Shown: positions 51,800 to 63,795 of the stretch, piece by piece
Numbering within the stretch: the first letter of the stretch is position 1
Layout of the letters: every line of letters starts with the position of its first letter
From: Chiloscyllium plagiosum
Taxonomy: Eukaryota
NCBI RefSeq assembly: GCF_004010195.1
Contig: NC_057719.1
Span: 33,255,520 to 33,319,519 of the forward strand
DNA: 64,000 bases
Direction of reading: 5' to 3'
The notes under the pieces: model-generated
What the model saw: the letters and a program-made list of their open reading frames with translations, nothing else
Database searches by the model: none
Told to the model about the DNA's origin: nothing
Position numbers and translations under genes: made by a program

Positions 51800-52690
51800 A
51801 TGAATCTTAAAAGGTTAATACGCAGTTATAGATCCTAATTAGAAAAGCTAATAGAATGTTATTATCTATTGAGAGGAACATTGAATGCAAAAGTAAGGAG
51901 GTGCTGCTTCAGTTGTGTTGGGCATTGGTGGCTAGATCTGGAGTGTTGTGTACAGTATTAGTCTCTTTATTTGAGGAAAGATGTAAGTACATTGGAAACA
52001 ATTCAGAGAAGGTTTACGAGTCCAGTGCCTGGAACAGCTTGTGTTTTCAAGGAAAAGTTGGCCAGGGTAAGGTTGCATCATTATAGTTAGGAAAACTTAG
52101 ATGTGGTTTGATTGAAATATACAAGATCCTGTGGAGTCTTGACAGGGTGGATGTGGACAGAATGTTTCTTCTTACAGGAAAATCTAGAACTGGAATTAAT
52201 TGTTTAAAACAAGGGGGAGCACTATTTTTCCTCAAAGAGAGTCAGGAGTCTTTCAAACTTATTTTTATAGAATCCCGACAGTGCGAAAGCAGGCCATTCA
52301 GCTCATTGTGGGTAAACTCACCTACTCCAAAGAGCATCCCACCCAGAAACTCCTATCACTGTATTTCCCATTGCCAATCCACCCAGCCTACACATCGTTG
52401 GGAGGAAACCTATGCAGAAATGGGAAGAATGTGCAAACTCTTCACAGGCTGAGAGTGGAATTAAACCCTGATGCTGTGAGGCAGCAGCGCTAACCACTGA
52501 ACCACTAGGCTTCCCTTTTTCTCTCAAAAGATGATGGAAGCAGAGACTTTGAATATTTGAATAAAGTAGACAAGGTCTTGATAAGCAAAGGGTGAGAGAA
52601 TGTCAGGGTGGATAAAAATATGGAATAACCAAATCAACCATGATTTTATTGACGGCAGAGCAGGACTGAATGTCTAACTCAACTAACCCT
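51800..52690 (+). mobile_element. Old CR1 3' portion containing a decayed minus-strand HE1 SINE (~52267-52505)
   Basis: IECKSKEVLLQL, LIEIYKILWSLDRVDVDRMF; gctgtgaggcagcagcgctaaccactga HE1 head. Confidence 0.75.
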
Positions 52691-53164
52691 GCTCCCAACC
52701 CGTTTGTTGTTGAGTTTGTAAAGAAGCATAAAACTCTGGGAACACTCAATCAGTCTCTCATGATGTCTGGAGAGAAAATGATTGAGTTAATGTTTGAGAT
52801 CAATGTCCAGACAGGTTTCAGAAGGGCCAGTCAACCTGAATTATTTACCCAATGTTGCTCTCCATAGAGACGATACAAGTGTCAATTTTGTTTTTATTTC
52901 ATGCTTTTCTGTGTCTGCAGTTTAAGTCTTCTAGACTTTTCTGGCTATTCATTTCCATCATTTGTGATTAATCTGCACACTGGGCATTCTCAAAAGCAAG
53001 AAGTTGGAAGCCAGAGAGTGGATATTTCTGCAGCACTTGGAAATAAAACGTGTGTTACACACATAAAACCTACATATTGCCAAAACATAAAACATAATTG
53101 GCTTTTGACTGAATTGTGCCTTTTGAACAGTTTTAGAGAGAAACTAAATGAACTAAATCTTTGC

Positions 53165-53620
53165 CTCTGACCTGCTCTTGTAGCCATGTTATTTACATGC
53201 CGTGCACAGTTCAGTTTCTGATCAATAGAAAGATATTGATGGCGGGTGTTTCAAAGATGTCAATGCCATTGAATGTCAAGAGTAGATGGCCATTTCCTGG
53301 GTATTTTGTGGCATGAATGCACTGTGCCACTTATTAGCATAAGCTTGAACTCGAGGTATTGTTGCAAGCAGGCATAATCTGTTTTATTATCTGAGGAACT
53401 TATTATAAGACTGAACTAAGCAATCATCAGCATGCATTCCCATTCTGCTTTTATAATAGAGCAAATAGCATTGATAAAGGAGCTCAAGATGATTGGCCCT
53501 AGGAGACTGCCCTGAAAAACTCCTGAACCAGTATTCTGAGGTTGAGAGATTGTCCTCCATGTTAGATATTGGGCTACTCAAGTATTCCTCATTGTAGCCT
53601 TTGTTCAATATGATTAAAGG
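53165..53620 (-). mobile_element. Old LINE RT fragment
   Basis: Minus-strand ORF 53387-53701 contains MGMHADDC (FADD-like) preceded by cagggcagtctcctagggccaatcatctt (QGS.LGP..F-like). Confidence 0.55.
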
Positions 53621-53834
53621 GACTGAATGTCTGACACAGACTAGGTAAGTTACTTTGCAGTGGTCAGAAATGTGGAAGATGGAGTATAATGCGGGAAACA
53701 TTTGAGGTTATCTACCTATGATAGGGGAAAAAAGCAGAGAAACTAAACATTCACAACAAAAACACAGTCACTTTTGCTTCACCTCTGACCTTCACAAAAC
53801 TGAGGTCTCTGAGGACCTTGCTCCTGCCATTCAT

Positions 53835-54050
53835 TATAATAAAACAAAGAATTGTGGGTGCTGGAGATCTGAAAAAAAAGATATTGCTGGTGAAACTCAG
53901 CAAGTCTGGCAGCATCTGTTAATGTTTCAACTCCAGTGACTTTTCACCATGAGTTCTGATGGAGAGTCACTGGCCTTGAAATGTTAACTCTGCTTTCTCC
54001 CCTTAGATGCTCCCAGATATGCTGAGTTTTGCATGAAATTTCTATCCTTC
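53835..54050. mobile_element. Palindromic Penelope pLTR derivative (family C)
   Basis: gaaactcagcaagtctggcagcatct / agatgctcccagatatgctgagttt arms; central agtt CTGATGG a gagtcactggcctt GAAA tgtt aact; flanked by ccattcattat / ccatttattgt. Confidence 0.6.
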
Positions 54051-54226
54051 CATTTATTGTTTAATTGTCTTGCGCCACTCACAACTGTCCTTCATAAAAT
54101 TGCAATTGGCTATCATTAATTGGTTCTGCTGGTTGCAGCGTCATTTTGCTCCAAATCCCCCAAGCTGCCTCCACTGCTTTCTGAGGATGTTTCCTCTTGT
54201 GGAAATGTCTAGAACAAGGAGGACAC

Positions 54227-54578
54227 ATAGAATCCCTACAGTGTAGAAGTAAGCCATTCAGCCCATCAGGCACGCATGGACCGTCTGAAAAGCATTCCAC
54301 CTAGATCCACCATCCTCACCCTTTCCCTGCAACCCTGCATTTCCTATGGCTAATCCAACTATCCTGCCCATCCCTGGACACGATGTGCAATTTAACACAT
54401 CCAATCTACTTAACTTGCACATCTTTGGACTGTGGGAGGAAACCAGAACACCCAGAAGAAACAAGCAGACACAGGGAGAATGTACAAATTCCACACAGGC
54501 AGCCGCCCAAGGCTAGACCGAACCTGCATCCCTTGTGCTGTGAGGCCATTGTGCCAACCACAGAGCCACTGCACCACC
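54227..54578 (-). mobile_element. HE1-type V-SINE (older)
   Basis: tgcacatctttggactgtgggaggaaacc core and head gctgtgaggccattgtgccaaccacagagccac. Confidence 0.85.
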
Positions 54579-55007
54579 CAAATCTGACACGGAATGCCTG
54601 ATTTTCTGAGGAGTGACAATCTCACACAAGTTGCCATTTTGCCCCTATTTTTCTCCAGTGTAAAGAAGGAGCTTCACATTGCTGAGAGATTATTCTGACC
54701 AGGGCTTCTTCAAAATGCGGAACTGTACTTTTATTCTGACAATTCTTTTGTAGTACAGACTTCCAGGGGAATGGAAATCACAGGCCCTTTTCACAACAGT
54801 GAGCTGTCACACTCAGGGATGTGAATATCCAGAATCACAGACAGCCACATTGACAGCTGCTGTCAAAAGATAAGCACATATTAAAGTGTGAGGGTTATGG
54901 TGCTGAAAGGACAAGGGTGTAGGAGGTAAGCTGTCAGATGGAGAGGATGCCAAGTGCAAGCTCACAAGGGCAGCAGGAAGTGAGACAATCATGAGATTGG
55001 GTATTAC

Positions 55008-55331
55008 TATAGAATCCATACAGTATTGAAACAGGCCATTTGCCCAACATGACCGTCCGAAGTGTATCACACCCAGACCCATTCCCCTACCCTACATTTC
55101 TCATGACTAATCCACCTAACCCATGCCTGAACACTGTGGGCAATTTAATATGGCTAATTTCCAAAAACTGCACATCTTTGGACTGTGGGAGGAAACCACA
55201 GCACCCAGACGAAACCCACACAGACATGGGAAGAATGTGCAAAGTCCACACAGTTGCCTGAGGCTGGAATTGGACCTGAGTCCCTGGCACTGTCAGGCAG
55301 CAGTGTTAACCACTGAGCCATCGTGCCATCC
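55008..55331 (-). mobile_element. HE1-type V-SINE
   Basis: Same core and head motifs as the other copies. Confidence 0.88.
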
Positions 55332-55764
55332 TTGTATTGATTTGGGGGAGGTTGCCGGGATCCAGCAGCAGGGGGAGGGGTCTGGGTACGGAATGGAGGG
55401 AGAGCTAGGCATATTAAACAGCAGGGGAAGTGGGGGGGAATAGAGCAGGTACAGAGTAAGGGAAGCAGTGGTCGGTGGAGGACAAAGGGGTCAGGTGAGG
55501 TGTGATACTGTCGAACTAGGATTGGTGTAGTATAAGTCTTCCAGGGGAGATGCAGCTGTGGGTGTGAGAGGTAAGTACGGGTTATTTGGACAGCTATCCA
55601 AAGGTTATACTGTGTGTTGAATGACCTTATTTTTTCCTAAGTATCTGTTTACTTAATTTTATCAGAACCATCTGAATCCATTGATTTAAATGGAGACCTT
55701 TGGAGGGTAACAGGTGCAAACGAATAACCCACTGGAATCTTCAAAATCTCAGGCAATTCCATAA

Positions 55765-56150
55765 GACATTGAAGCAGAAATAGGTCATTCAGCCCATCGA
55801 ATCTCTACTATTCAATGAGATCATGGATAACCTGATAATTCTCAACTCCACTTTTCTGCCTTTACCCCATTACCTTTGATTCCTTAATTGTTAGAAATCT
55901 GACAGTTTCAGCCTTGAATATACCTAAAAAAACCAACACCAATAGACCTCTGCGGTAAAAAAAAGTCTTTAGATTCACAATCCTCAGGGAAGAAATTTCT
56001 CCACATCTATGTTTTAAATGTGTGACCCTTAATTCTGAAATTATGCCCTCTGGCCCTCGACTCTCCCACAAGGGGATACTTTTCACATCTGCCCTTGCCA
56101 GATCCTTTAAGAATAATGTATGTTTTAAGAAAGTCACCTCTCATTCTTGT
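55765..56150 (-). mobile_element. Old CR1 LINE 3' end
   Basis: cataagacattgaagcagaaataggtcattcagcccatcga... is the reverse of a CR1 tail; reverse of agaatgagaggtgac (RMRGD) at ~56132-56147. Confidence 0.7.
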
Positions 56151-56570
56151 ACTAAAATAGGGATTCCACAGGGTACCCACATGTAACTCTCAACTCAACT
56201 GAAATAACAACTGTCCAACCATCCAGAAAATCTGGGCCAATGTAAAAATTGTAGAAGCAGATGAGGGAATATCTTTCTCTCAGATGTTCGAGTTGTTGAA
56301 ACTCCCTTCTTCAGTGTGCAGTTGAGACAGAGCCCTTGAATTTTTTTTTAAGGCAGAGATAAATTCTTACTTAACAGGGGAGTTAAATGTTATTAGGGCT
56401 AAGTCAGAAGGTAGAGTTGCAGCCGAAGTCAGATCAGCTATAATCTTACTGAATGACCAAACAGGCTTGAGGAGTTGAATGAGTTTATAAATTTAAAAAA
56501 GTATAATTCTTCTGCAAATGTTGGCTCACAGCACCCCGTGTTTTAGCCTGCTATAAACTGATCCGAATCT

Positions 56571-56700
56571 AGGACAGCGAGGTCTGCAGATGCTGGAGAT
56601 CAGAGTTGAGTGTGTATTGCTGGAAAAGCACAGCAGGTCAGTCAGCATCCGAGGAGCAGGAAAATCGACGTTTTGGGCCAAAGCCCTTCATCAGGAATCC
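56571..56700 (-). mobile_element. Solo Penelope pLTR unit (family A), hammerhead GAAA mutated to AAAA
   Basis: Reverse complement attc CTGATGA a gggc-tttg-gccc AAAA c GTC gatt...; flanked by gaatcta on both sides. Confidence 0.75.
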
Positions 56701-56929
56701 TGAATCTATCCCATCCAAGTACTTCTGAATGTATGTCACTGTGCTGTCACATCTGGTCATTCAATGTGATCAATGGGTCAGGAGGTAACCAAGAAGAACA
56801 TTGGTTGTAGAGAATGATTCTGTATGTGTGATTGCTCACTAACTAGTCAGTGACAGTTTTCCCAATTTTAGTCTAAATATATGGGTGATATTTGGGAGAA
56901 CGTTGCAAGGTGGACTGGTTTTATGCAAC

Positions 56930-57112
56930 AAAATTGGAAATTGCTGGAAAAACACAATAGGCAGCACCTAGTACTAGTTCTGAAGACAGGTTACTCGACC
57001 CAAAACATTACCTCTGCTTTCTCTCCACAGATGCTGCCAGACCTGCTGAGCTTTTCCAAGCAATTTCTGTTTTTCTTTCTGATTTCCAGCATCCACAGTT
57101 TTTTGGTTTTCT
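56930..57112. mobile_element. Palindromic Penelope pLTR derivative (family C)
   Basis: gaaattgctggaaaaac...agtt CTGAAGA c aggtt-actc-gaccc AAAA c ATT acct...gatgctgccagacctgctgagcttttccaagcaatttc. Confidence 0.65.
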
Positions 57113-57509
57113 GTGTACGTTGGTCATATCACATTTTATATCTAAGTCAATGGTGACATTTGTCCTATCTTATTCTCATTTGATACACCAGGAGGACTTG
57201 ACAATTTTAGAGGGTAGTTAAGAGTCAACTACAATGCCGTGCATCTCAGATTACATACAGGGCAGACTATCTAAAGATTTTCTATACTTATTAATGACCC
57301 GACTGGCTTGTAATGGCACTTTCATCCTGAGACTAGCTTTCTATTCCAGATTTTTATTTTAATAAATTGCATTTAAATTTCCCTAGCTGCTGTGGCAAGA
57401 TTTGAAATCATGTTTCTGAAACATTCATTCAGGCCTCTGCATTAATAGTCAATTTACATTATCACTTTGTTACCCTTCTCATTTCTGATTTTAAAGGAGT
57501 AATGTAAGA

Positions 57510-57935
57510 AATACATTAATAAAGCTCTTTTCATAATTTCAGGTCATCACAAAACAATTGATAGACAGGAAAGCATTTTTGCAAGTGTGGTCACTGTTGT
57601 AATATAGGAAGTGAGGAAGCCAATTTCCACATAGCACACTCCTACAAACAGCAATATGATGATAGCAAGATAATCTGCTCGTGTGATGTTGATTGAACAG
57701 GCTGCAGGGAAATCTTCCTTGGCTGTTTGATATAATGCCTCAGAACCTTTTCTTTCAACTGAGAGAGCAAATGGGTCATTGGTTTCATATCACATCTGAA
57801 AAAATGTACTTCTGGCTATGCAAAATTCCCTCTATAGTGCACTGGAGTGTCAAACTAGATTTCCTTGCTCCAGTCATCAATTCACATTCTTGTGCCTCAG
57901 ACGTGGGAGTACGACCCATTGAACTATAGCTAACA
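57510..57935 (-). mobile_element. Ancient DeuSINE-superfamily SINE (SacSINE1/AmnSINE1-like)
   Basis: aagtgtggtcactgttgtaatataggaa..gccaattt..cacatagca..cctacaaacagcaat..gataatctg..gatgttgattga and gcactggagtgtca resemble the Deu core and head as I recall them. Confidence 0.6.
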
Positions 57936-59544
57936 CAATTTGCAAACTTTCTTAATTCCAAACTGCTGGTAATTCAAGGACATGTTAGGACTAACATCCT
58001 AGTTTCAGGAGCGTCTTTTAAAAATTGCTCCAAAGTTAGTATGATTGTTGATATCAATTTAATTCTCAGTGTCATCCACTAAGAAATTAATTTTTAGAAT
58101 GAATATTGAAGCAGATAATGAAACCTGCAAGGGTTTGTATTCTCAAATTTAATTAAATCGTCAAGTGAACAGGAGGAATTTTCTCTCCACTTTGGCGAAG
58201 GTGGCTCCAGGTAATTCTTCAGCTCAAAACATTGACTTTTTAAAATTATCAACAATTTTGCATCTTTTTAAATGTTAATTCAACTCTCAAAACAACAAAA
58301 GGAATTGTAAATACACATTAATCCAATTTACCATATCACTTCATCTGTGTTAAATATAATTGTAGAGTCTGAACTGTAAAATAGATTTAGTAGACAGTGA
58401 CTTCTGGATGCAGATGCTTATTTTAATTAGGAATAGTAGTAAAAGGCAGACAGCTGGAGCATGCTTGAGGAAGTTCGCTGATGTTGTGATTCTGGTTGAA
58501 CCAAAACCCTGCAGCTTCTACAAAATTAGAACGGTGGGATTTTCTTTTTGAGTTAATATTATCTAAAATTCAGACGGGCAACCTGCATTGAGAATGCTAG
58601 AAGGTTTATAGTACTTCCTTTTACTAATTATCTCCTAACATTAATAGCAAATTTCGACACATTTGTTGCACAACAATAAGGCACACTATAGTCCTATCCT
58701 TTCAAATGGAAAAAATTGGTATAACCAAGTGTCCAACTGTTCTATACTTCATAAAGTAAATTCAATAGCTAGTGCCTAATGTTTAGAAAATCCTATAGCT
58801 ATAGCTGTACAGATGCTGAAGAGAACTGCTCCATCTGTCTATGTCCATCTGCTCCAGGCCATTACCACAATCTGAGGCATTTATCATTACACAATTAAGT
58901 GGACAGACCATGGGTCAAAGAGGATGTGTTAATCTTGGATTACTTGAGCATACTGTTGTTAGAAAACATATCTCTCTTATTAGTGAAACAGCTTGATCTT
59001 GTCACAAATTTGGTGCCAAGGATAAAAAATGGGGTGGAGTGTGTGAAATCTGCAATTGAATGAAATGCTTCAATCAGCAAAATGTACCACTAATCAGCAT
59101 GCTGTAATTAGACCAATTTGAACAGTACATCAGTATAAATAAAAATGCAAATACGAAAGTTCTTGCATTTTACTTTAAAAATGGACATTTAAAATATATT
59201 TAAAAATAAATATTTGAAATTTTACCTGTGATGCCAGAAGACTTCCGCATTGCACTATTTCACCTGAAATATCAGCTTTATTCACTAAATTTGTTATATC
59301 TTAATTCATTTTATTATGTTTTAATTTGCATCAAAAGCTTTGTTGTATGGCAGATTGCCCATTTGCAAAATATACCATATGCAGCCAGTCTGGAGACTGG
59401 TTGAAGTATTAAAAAGTGATCGTGGAGGAAGAGTGCGGTTAGATTATCCTCCCGAGCCACTCCTGCAAATTTCCAGCCAATTTAGAACACAGCTTAATGG
59501 AAGGCATTTTCAGCCTAGCCATCAACAAGGAAGTCATGTCTGCT

Positions 59545-59780
59545 ATGCAGGTTACTTTGCTATTACACTCGTTTTGTTAACACAAATTGGCTATAACGCA
59601 ATTAACAAATTATGGATGATGTTTGGATTATGCAAACTTTCCAGTGAATGGGTATAGCAATTTCCGATAGCAATCTTCTACAGTGCGATTTTCAATAGCG
59701 GTTTTCCATTGCGTGATTTTCTATAGCATGAGGTTGCTGAGAGACATGATTGTCGCATTACAACAAAATGACAAACAAGT
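59545..59780. mobile_element. Possible decayed Tigger-like MITE just downstream of the 59835 donor
   Basis: Repeated subterminal motifs ctataacgc / ctacagtgcgattttc / ttctatagc typical of such MITEs; termini are unclear. Confidence 0.35.
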
Positions 59781-59834
59781 CAAATGGGATTCAGTTACTT
59801 TGTTCAGACATTGACAATAAGGTCAATAATGTAC

Positions 59835-60031
59835 CTGAGTAAAAAAGGGTTCATAGATCTCAATCCCCTTGTCTGATCCCTGTGATAGAATTTCTCTTCC
59901 TCGACGCCAACTGTATCGGACAGGGGGATTTGAATTGACTGAACACCTAAGGAATACAGTTCTTTCAAAGTAAAACAATTCCTTTGCTTCACCTATACTA
60001 TGATGTATCGTCAGTACAGGGTCATCCAAAT
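59835..60031 (-). CDS. MDGA2: MDGA2 internal coding exon (N-terminal half of Ig2), 197 nt, phase 1 to phase 0
   Basis: Translates (Y)LDDPVLTIHHSIGEAKELFYFERTVFLRCSVNSNPPVRYSWRRGREILSQGSDKGIEIYEPFFTQ, which I recognise as the MDGA2 segment YLDDPVVTVHQSIGEAKEQFYYERTVFLRC...EPFFTQ. Minus strand shows acceptor tttttgtgttttgcag|AT and donor CAG|gtac. Confidence 0.95.
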
Positions 60032-61294
60032 CTGCAAAACACAAAAAGAAAAATCTTCAGTTGAGTTGAATAACCTTGAATATCAATCATTTTAATACTG
60101 TTTGTGGAATTTGTATCATAAATCTTAGGTGAAATGCCAGCTGCAGTTTCAGGAGTGAAATACTCTTCCTTCTCCATGTACCTTTCTGCTGGCATAAACT
60201 GATGGAAGAGATATAATTATATTTTTCTGCTACTCAGCTTTATGAAATTTGTGTTCAAGGTGAATAATGTCAATGGCAAGAAAGAAAATATTTTCTATTT
60301 ATTTCAAATCCTGTCAACAGCAAACATTCTCAGGGCATGACTAACTTTCCCTCAACCCTATCAAAGAGTCTCTGTCTGAACTCCTGAGAAGTGCTCACAC
60401 CTGCATTAACTGAGATTAAGTACTCTGTGGACTTTCTGCACGTTTTTCAATTTAGTTTTGATCAACATCCAAGTAAAGGTAGATTTTGTTGTAAGGTGTA
60501 GTCGTTTGGTTTAGGCAGTTTAAACTGGGACCCTGACAGGCTGTAAATAAAAGACAGATTGAAATCAGTGAGAATGGCTGCACAAATAACACAAACTGTC
60601 GTCATGAGCAACCTGGACTGAATAGGCCCAATTTTAACCCTGTGCGGGTTCTGCATAAGTTAACATTTCACCAAACGAAGAAGGGTTTTAACCCAGCTTA
60701 CCCCCATCAAGTGTCAAAGCATGAATAGAAAATATCTCAAATATGAATATAACATGTCCCAAAGCTGCCAATTTCCAACTTTAAAAGAAGGTGACTGACC
60801 AACTTATTGCTGGAAAGTGGGTTGGTCATGGAGCTTCTTTTTCTTGTTCCAACTTTAAGTGGTGCCTACTTGTGTTTCCCAGATCTCAGAAAATTTCAGA
60901 ACTAAAGGGAGGCACAAAATGATGCAAAGAATAAGAAAGTACTTTGTCAATGCTGCTTATCGTCAAGGAGAAGAATTCATTTCCATTGCCTCATCACGGA
61001 CATCCTTCTACGTTCACAGCAATCAAATCACTGTTCATGAACCAATATTCTCCTGATGTCTACTTTGACCTGAGATCCTCTCCTGCAGTTCCCCTGTCAT
61101 TCACAGAAATATAACAACAACTCCTCCTTTTCTTCCAGGCCGTGTTGGAATCTTCTCTCCTCTTCCTTTGATTTCCCACAATCCTTCTGTTGATGCACCT
61201 TGATATCCAGTCGCTCCTAGCCTCTGTCTGTTATGGCCAGATGCTGATGGCCAACCTGCTCCACAGCAAATCAACCAGGCTGACTAAATTAAAT

Positions 61295-61392
61295 AGGAGA
61301 AAGTGATGAAGGGCTTATGCCCAAAATGTCCATTCTCCGGCTCCTCAGATGCTGCCTGACCTGCTGTGCTTTTCAGCACTACACTCTTCCCC
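61295..61392 (+). mobile_element. Short Penelope pLTR derivative (family A) with imperfect 15-bp target-site duplication
   Basis: ctgactaaattaaat (61280-61294) | aggagaaagtgatgaagggcttatgcccaaaatgtc...gatgctgcctgacctgctgtgc... | ctgactatattgaat (61393-61407). Confidence 0.7.
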
Positions 61393-61414
61393 CTGACTAT
61401 ATTGAATCAGAGAG

Positions 61415-61780
61415 AAATAGAATGGTACAGCACACAAACAGACCCTTTGGACCAACCCATCCATGTCAAACAGATATTGTAAATTAACATGGTCCTATTT
61501 GCCAGCATTTGTCCCATATCCCTCCAAACCCTTCCTACTTATATATCTCCAGATGCCTTTTAAATGTTGTAATTATACCAACCTCCACCACTTCCTTTGG
61601 CAGCTCATTCCACACACACACCTCCGTGTGTGTGAAAAAATTGCCCCTGAGGTCCCTTTTAAATCTTTATCTTGTTACCTTAAACCTCTGGTTTTGGACT
61701 CCCTACCTTCGGAAGAAGACCATGACTATTCAGCCTAACTAAGCTCCTCATGATTTTATAAACCTCTGTAAGGTCCCTGG
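61415..61780 (-). mobile_element. CR1 LINE 3' end
   Basis: Reverse complement of the CR1 tail and of agaggtttataaaatcatgagg (EVYKIMR). Confidence 0.85.
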
Positions 61781-62723
61781 GAAATAGATTCTAAAAATAC
61801 TAATCATGACCTGCTGTTAAATTTATCATTACCTCAGGGAATGCCGTCCTTCCTGCCCAACACCTAAACTTTGTACCAGCTGCCACTCACCACAGCTCTA
61901 GATTAATATTAGGACAAATAAACATTTGTGGACAGTGATCATGTGTAACATTAAATTTTAAAGTGTTCATGAATATAGTGGATCTCGATTACAAAATGAC
62001 AGAAAAAGATTTTTTTCCCCAATTTTGTTCACACCATGTAAATTGAAGGAAGGAGTGTGAGATCCAAATTTCTCAGATTGAAATAGGTTTAAAACAAATC
62101 ACTACAAAAGTTAACAATCTTAGTTGAATGTTAAGTGTTTGAAATAGAGTTAAAAGGGACAGAATAATTATTAAAGTACAAGCTTATTGAGAATGAAATT
62201 ATAACGCATGTAATCTTCTAATTCAAAGCATCACTGAAGAACAACATAGCCATTGAGACTTAAATAATTAACAACCACCAGCGTCGCCTGTATAGCTTTC
62301 TCTGAAATCAACATATTTCAATGTAATTAAAATGTATAGCTGGTCAATGGCTGCTAAAAGTTACACAAGGTCTCTTTAGTAGCCTCTAATTATTCAATGG
62401 TAGACACAAATTGTAATTAAAGAGACCTGGGAACAAACAACTTGCAACTGAAGCACTTAGTTACAGTCAATACCTGTATATCAAAGTCACTGCAAGACAT
62501 TGCAGACTGATAGTTAGTGTACAAGCAGTACTATGCATTAGATTCAGAATACTGCACACTTGCAATAATCTAGTGATGTACTCATTAATGAGTTTCCACT
62601 TCATTATACAAAAAAAATCACAGACTTGGTGCCAAACAGTTGTCTTCCCTTTGATCTAAAAGCTCATTGTGAGAGGTAATGTCATGAATTCACAGTCATG
62701 TTTGTAAGCTCTGCTACACCTTA

Positions 62724-62942
62724 TGAAATAACTCCATAGAGGCTGGTATCCCATCACCAAGTCACCCTTTATTCTCATGTGTTTTGTACTTAACACTGGT
62801 CTGGTTTCCTCAAAGCTAGCTGTCAGAGTGAACAGAAACACTGACAGTCCTGTTTACATCTGTCAGGAACAGGTTAACAGCCCCAGTCAGGGAACTCATA
62901 TTCTACGAGGTGCACATGGTTGACCTCATTGTAAACATTACA
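62724..62942 (-). mobile_element. Candidate solo LTR
   Basis: Minus strand begins tgtaat..., contains aataaagggtgacttggtg and ends ...gttatttca (TG...CA); resembles a shark LTR family as I recall it. No clean target-site duplication. Confidence 0.5.
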
Positions 62943-63469
62943 TCGTACTTTAGAACAAGACTTCAACCCATGAAAAGATGCAGCTCCTGTTGTGCTTTAC
63001 ACAGGGAAGGAGTATCACTTGCTCATCTATATGCAGGATTAATAAACCAGCTTTATTTATGGCTCCCCAATAGAGAGAGCAACAGAGAGGGCAATAGAAC
63101 AAAATGCGCAGAATGCACAATATAGCACAAACCCGCCTGCTTTAAAAAGAATTGTACATTTAAAAAAAGATGGCACGTGCACAGAATTTCCCAGAATACA
63201 ATATGACCATACCAACAATTGCATATTTGTTTTTACTGTAATTACAAACAGACGTGTCACTATGTCTAGGGGTGCGCAGGATGGTGAATTGGTCATGGGA
63301 AATACAGGGTTACACGGATAATGTAGGGGGTAGGTCTGGTTGGGAAGCTACTCAGAGGTTAGGATGGACTCAATGGGCCAAATATCCTTTGTCCATACTG
63401 TAGGGATTTTATTTGACTTGATTTATTATTTTGAACATGTGGGCGAAGTAGGGCGTAGAACTGTAATTC

Positions 63470-63667
63470 TCTGAGGTCCTGATGGATGGGGTGGTGTAGA
63501 GGACGGGCATACACTTCCCAGAGCACTGCTGGAGAAGGCCATGCCACCAGACCCTGGCAACTTGGCTGGAGGTTGTCATCTTAGTCACTGCCATCTCAAC
63601 CGTGTGCAAGAATGACAAGAGATGCCGTAAGAAGTTCAATGCCGTTCTCCACTCTGCCAAGGTAAGT
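63470..63667 (+). pseudogene. Myb/SANT-like (trihelix) DNA-binding domain remnant, Harbinger-transposon type
   Basis: Frame from 63473 reads EVLMDGVV*RTGIHFPEHCWRRPCHQTLATWLEVVILVTAISTVCKNDKRCRKKFNAVLHSAK followed by donor-like gtaagt; one in-frame stop. Confidence 0.6.
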
Positions 63668-63759
63668 GCCACATTCATCTCTGCAGCTCACATGCACCTT
63701 TGCCCTGCTACTACGAGATAGTGAGGGCTGCAGATGCTGGAGAAGTCAGAGTTGGTAAA

Positions 63760-63795
63760 ATTCCTGAAGAAGGGCCTGTGCCCGAAACGTCGAAT
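63760..63795 (+). ncRNA. Minimal hammerhead ribozyme motif (family A), fully intact
   Basis: attc CTGAAGA a gggc-ctgt-gccc GAAA c GTC gaat: perfect 4-bp stem I, 4-bp GC stem II, palindromic ACGT. Confidence 0.8.
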
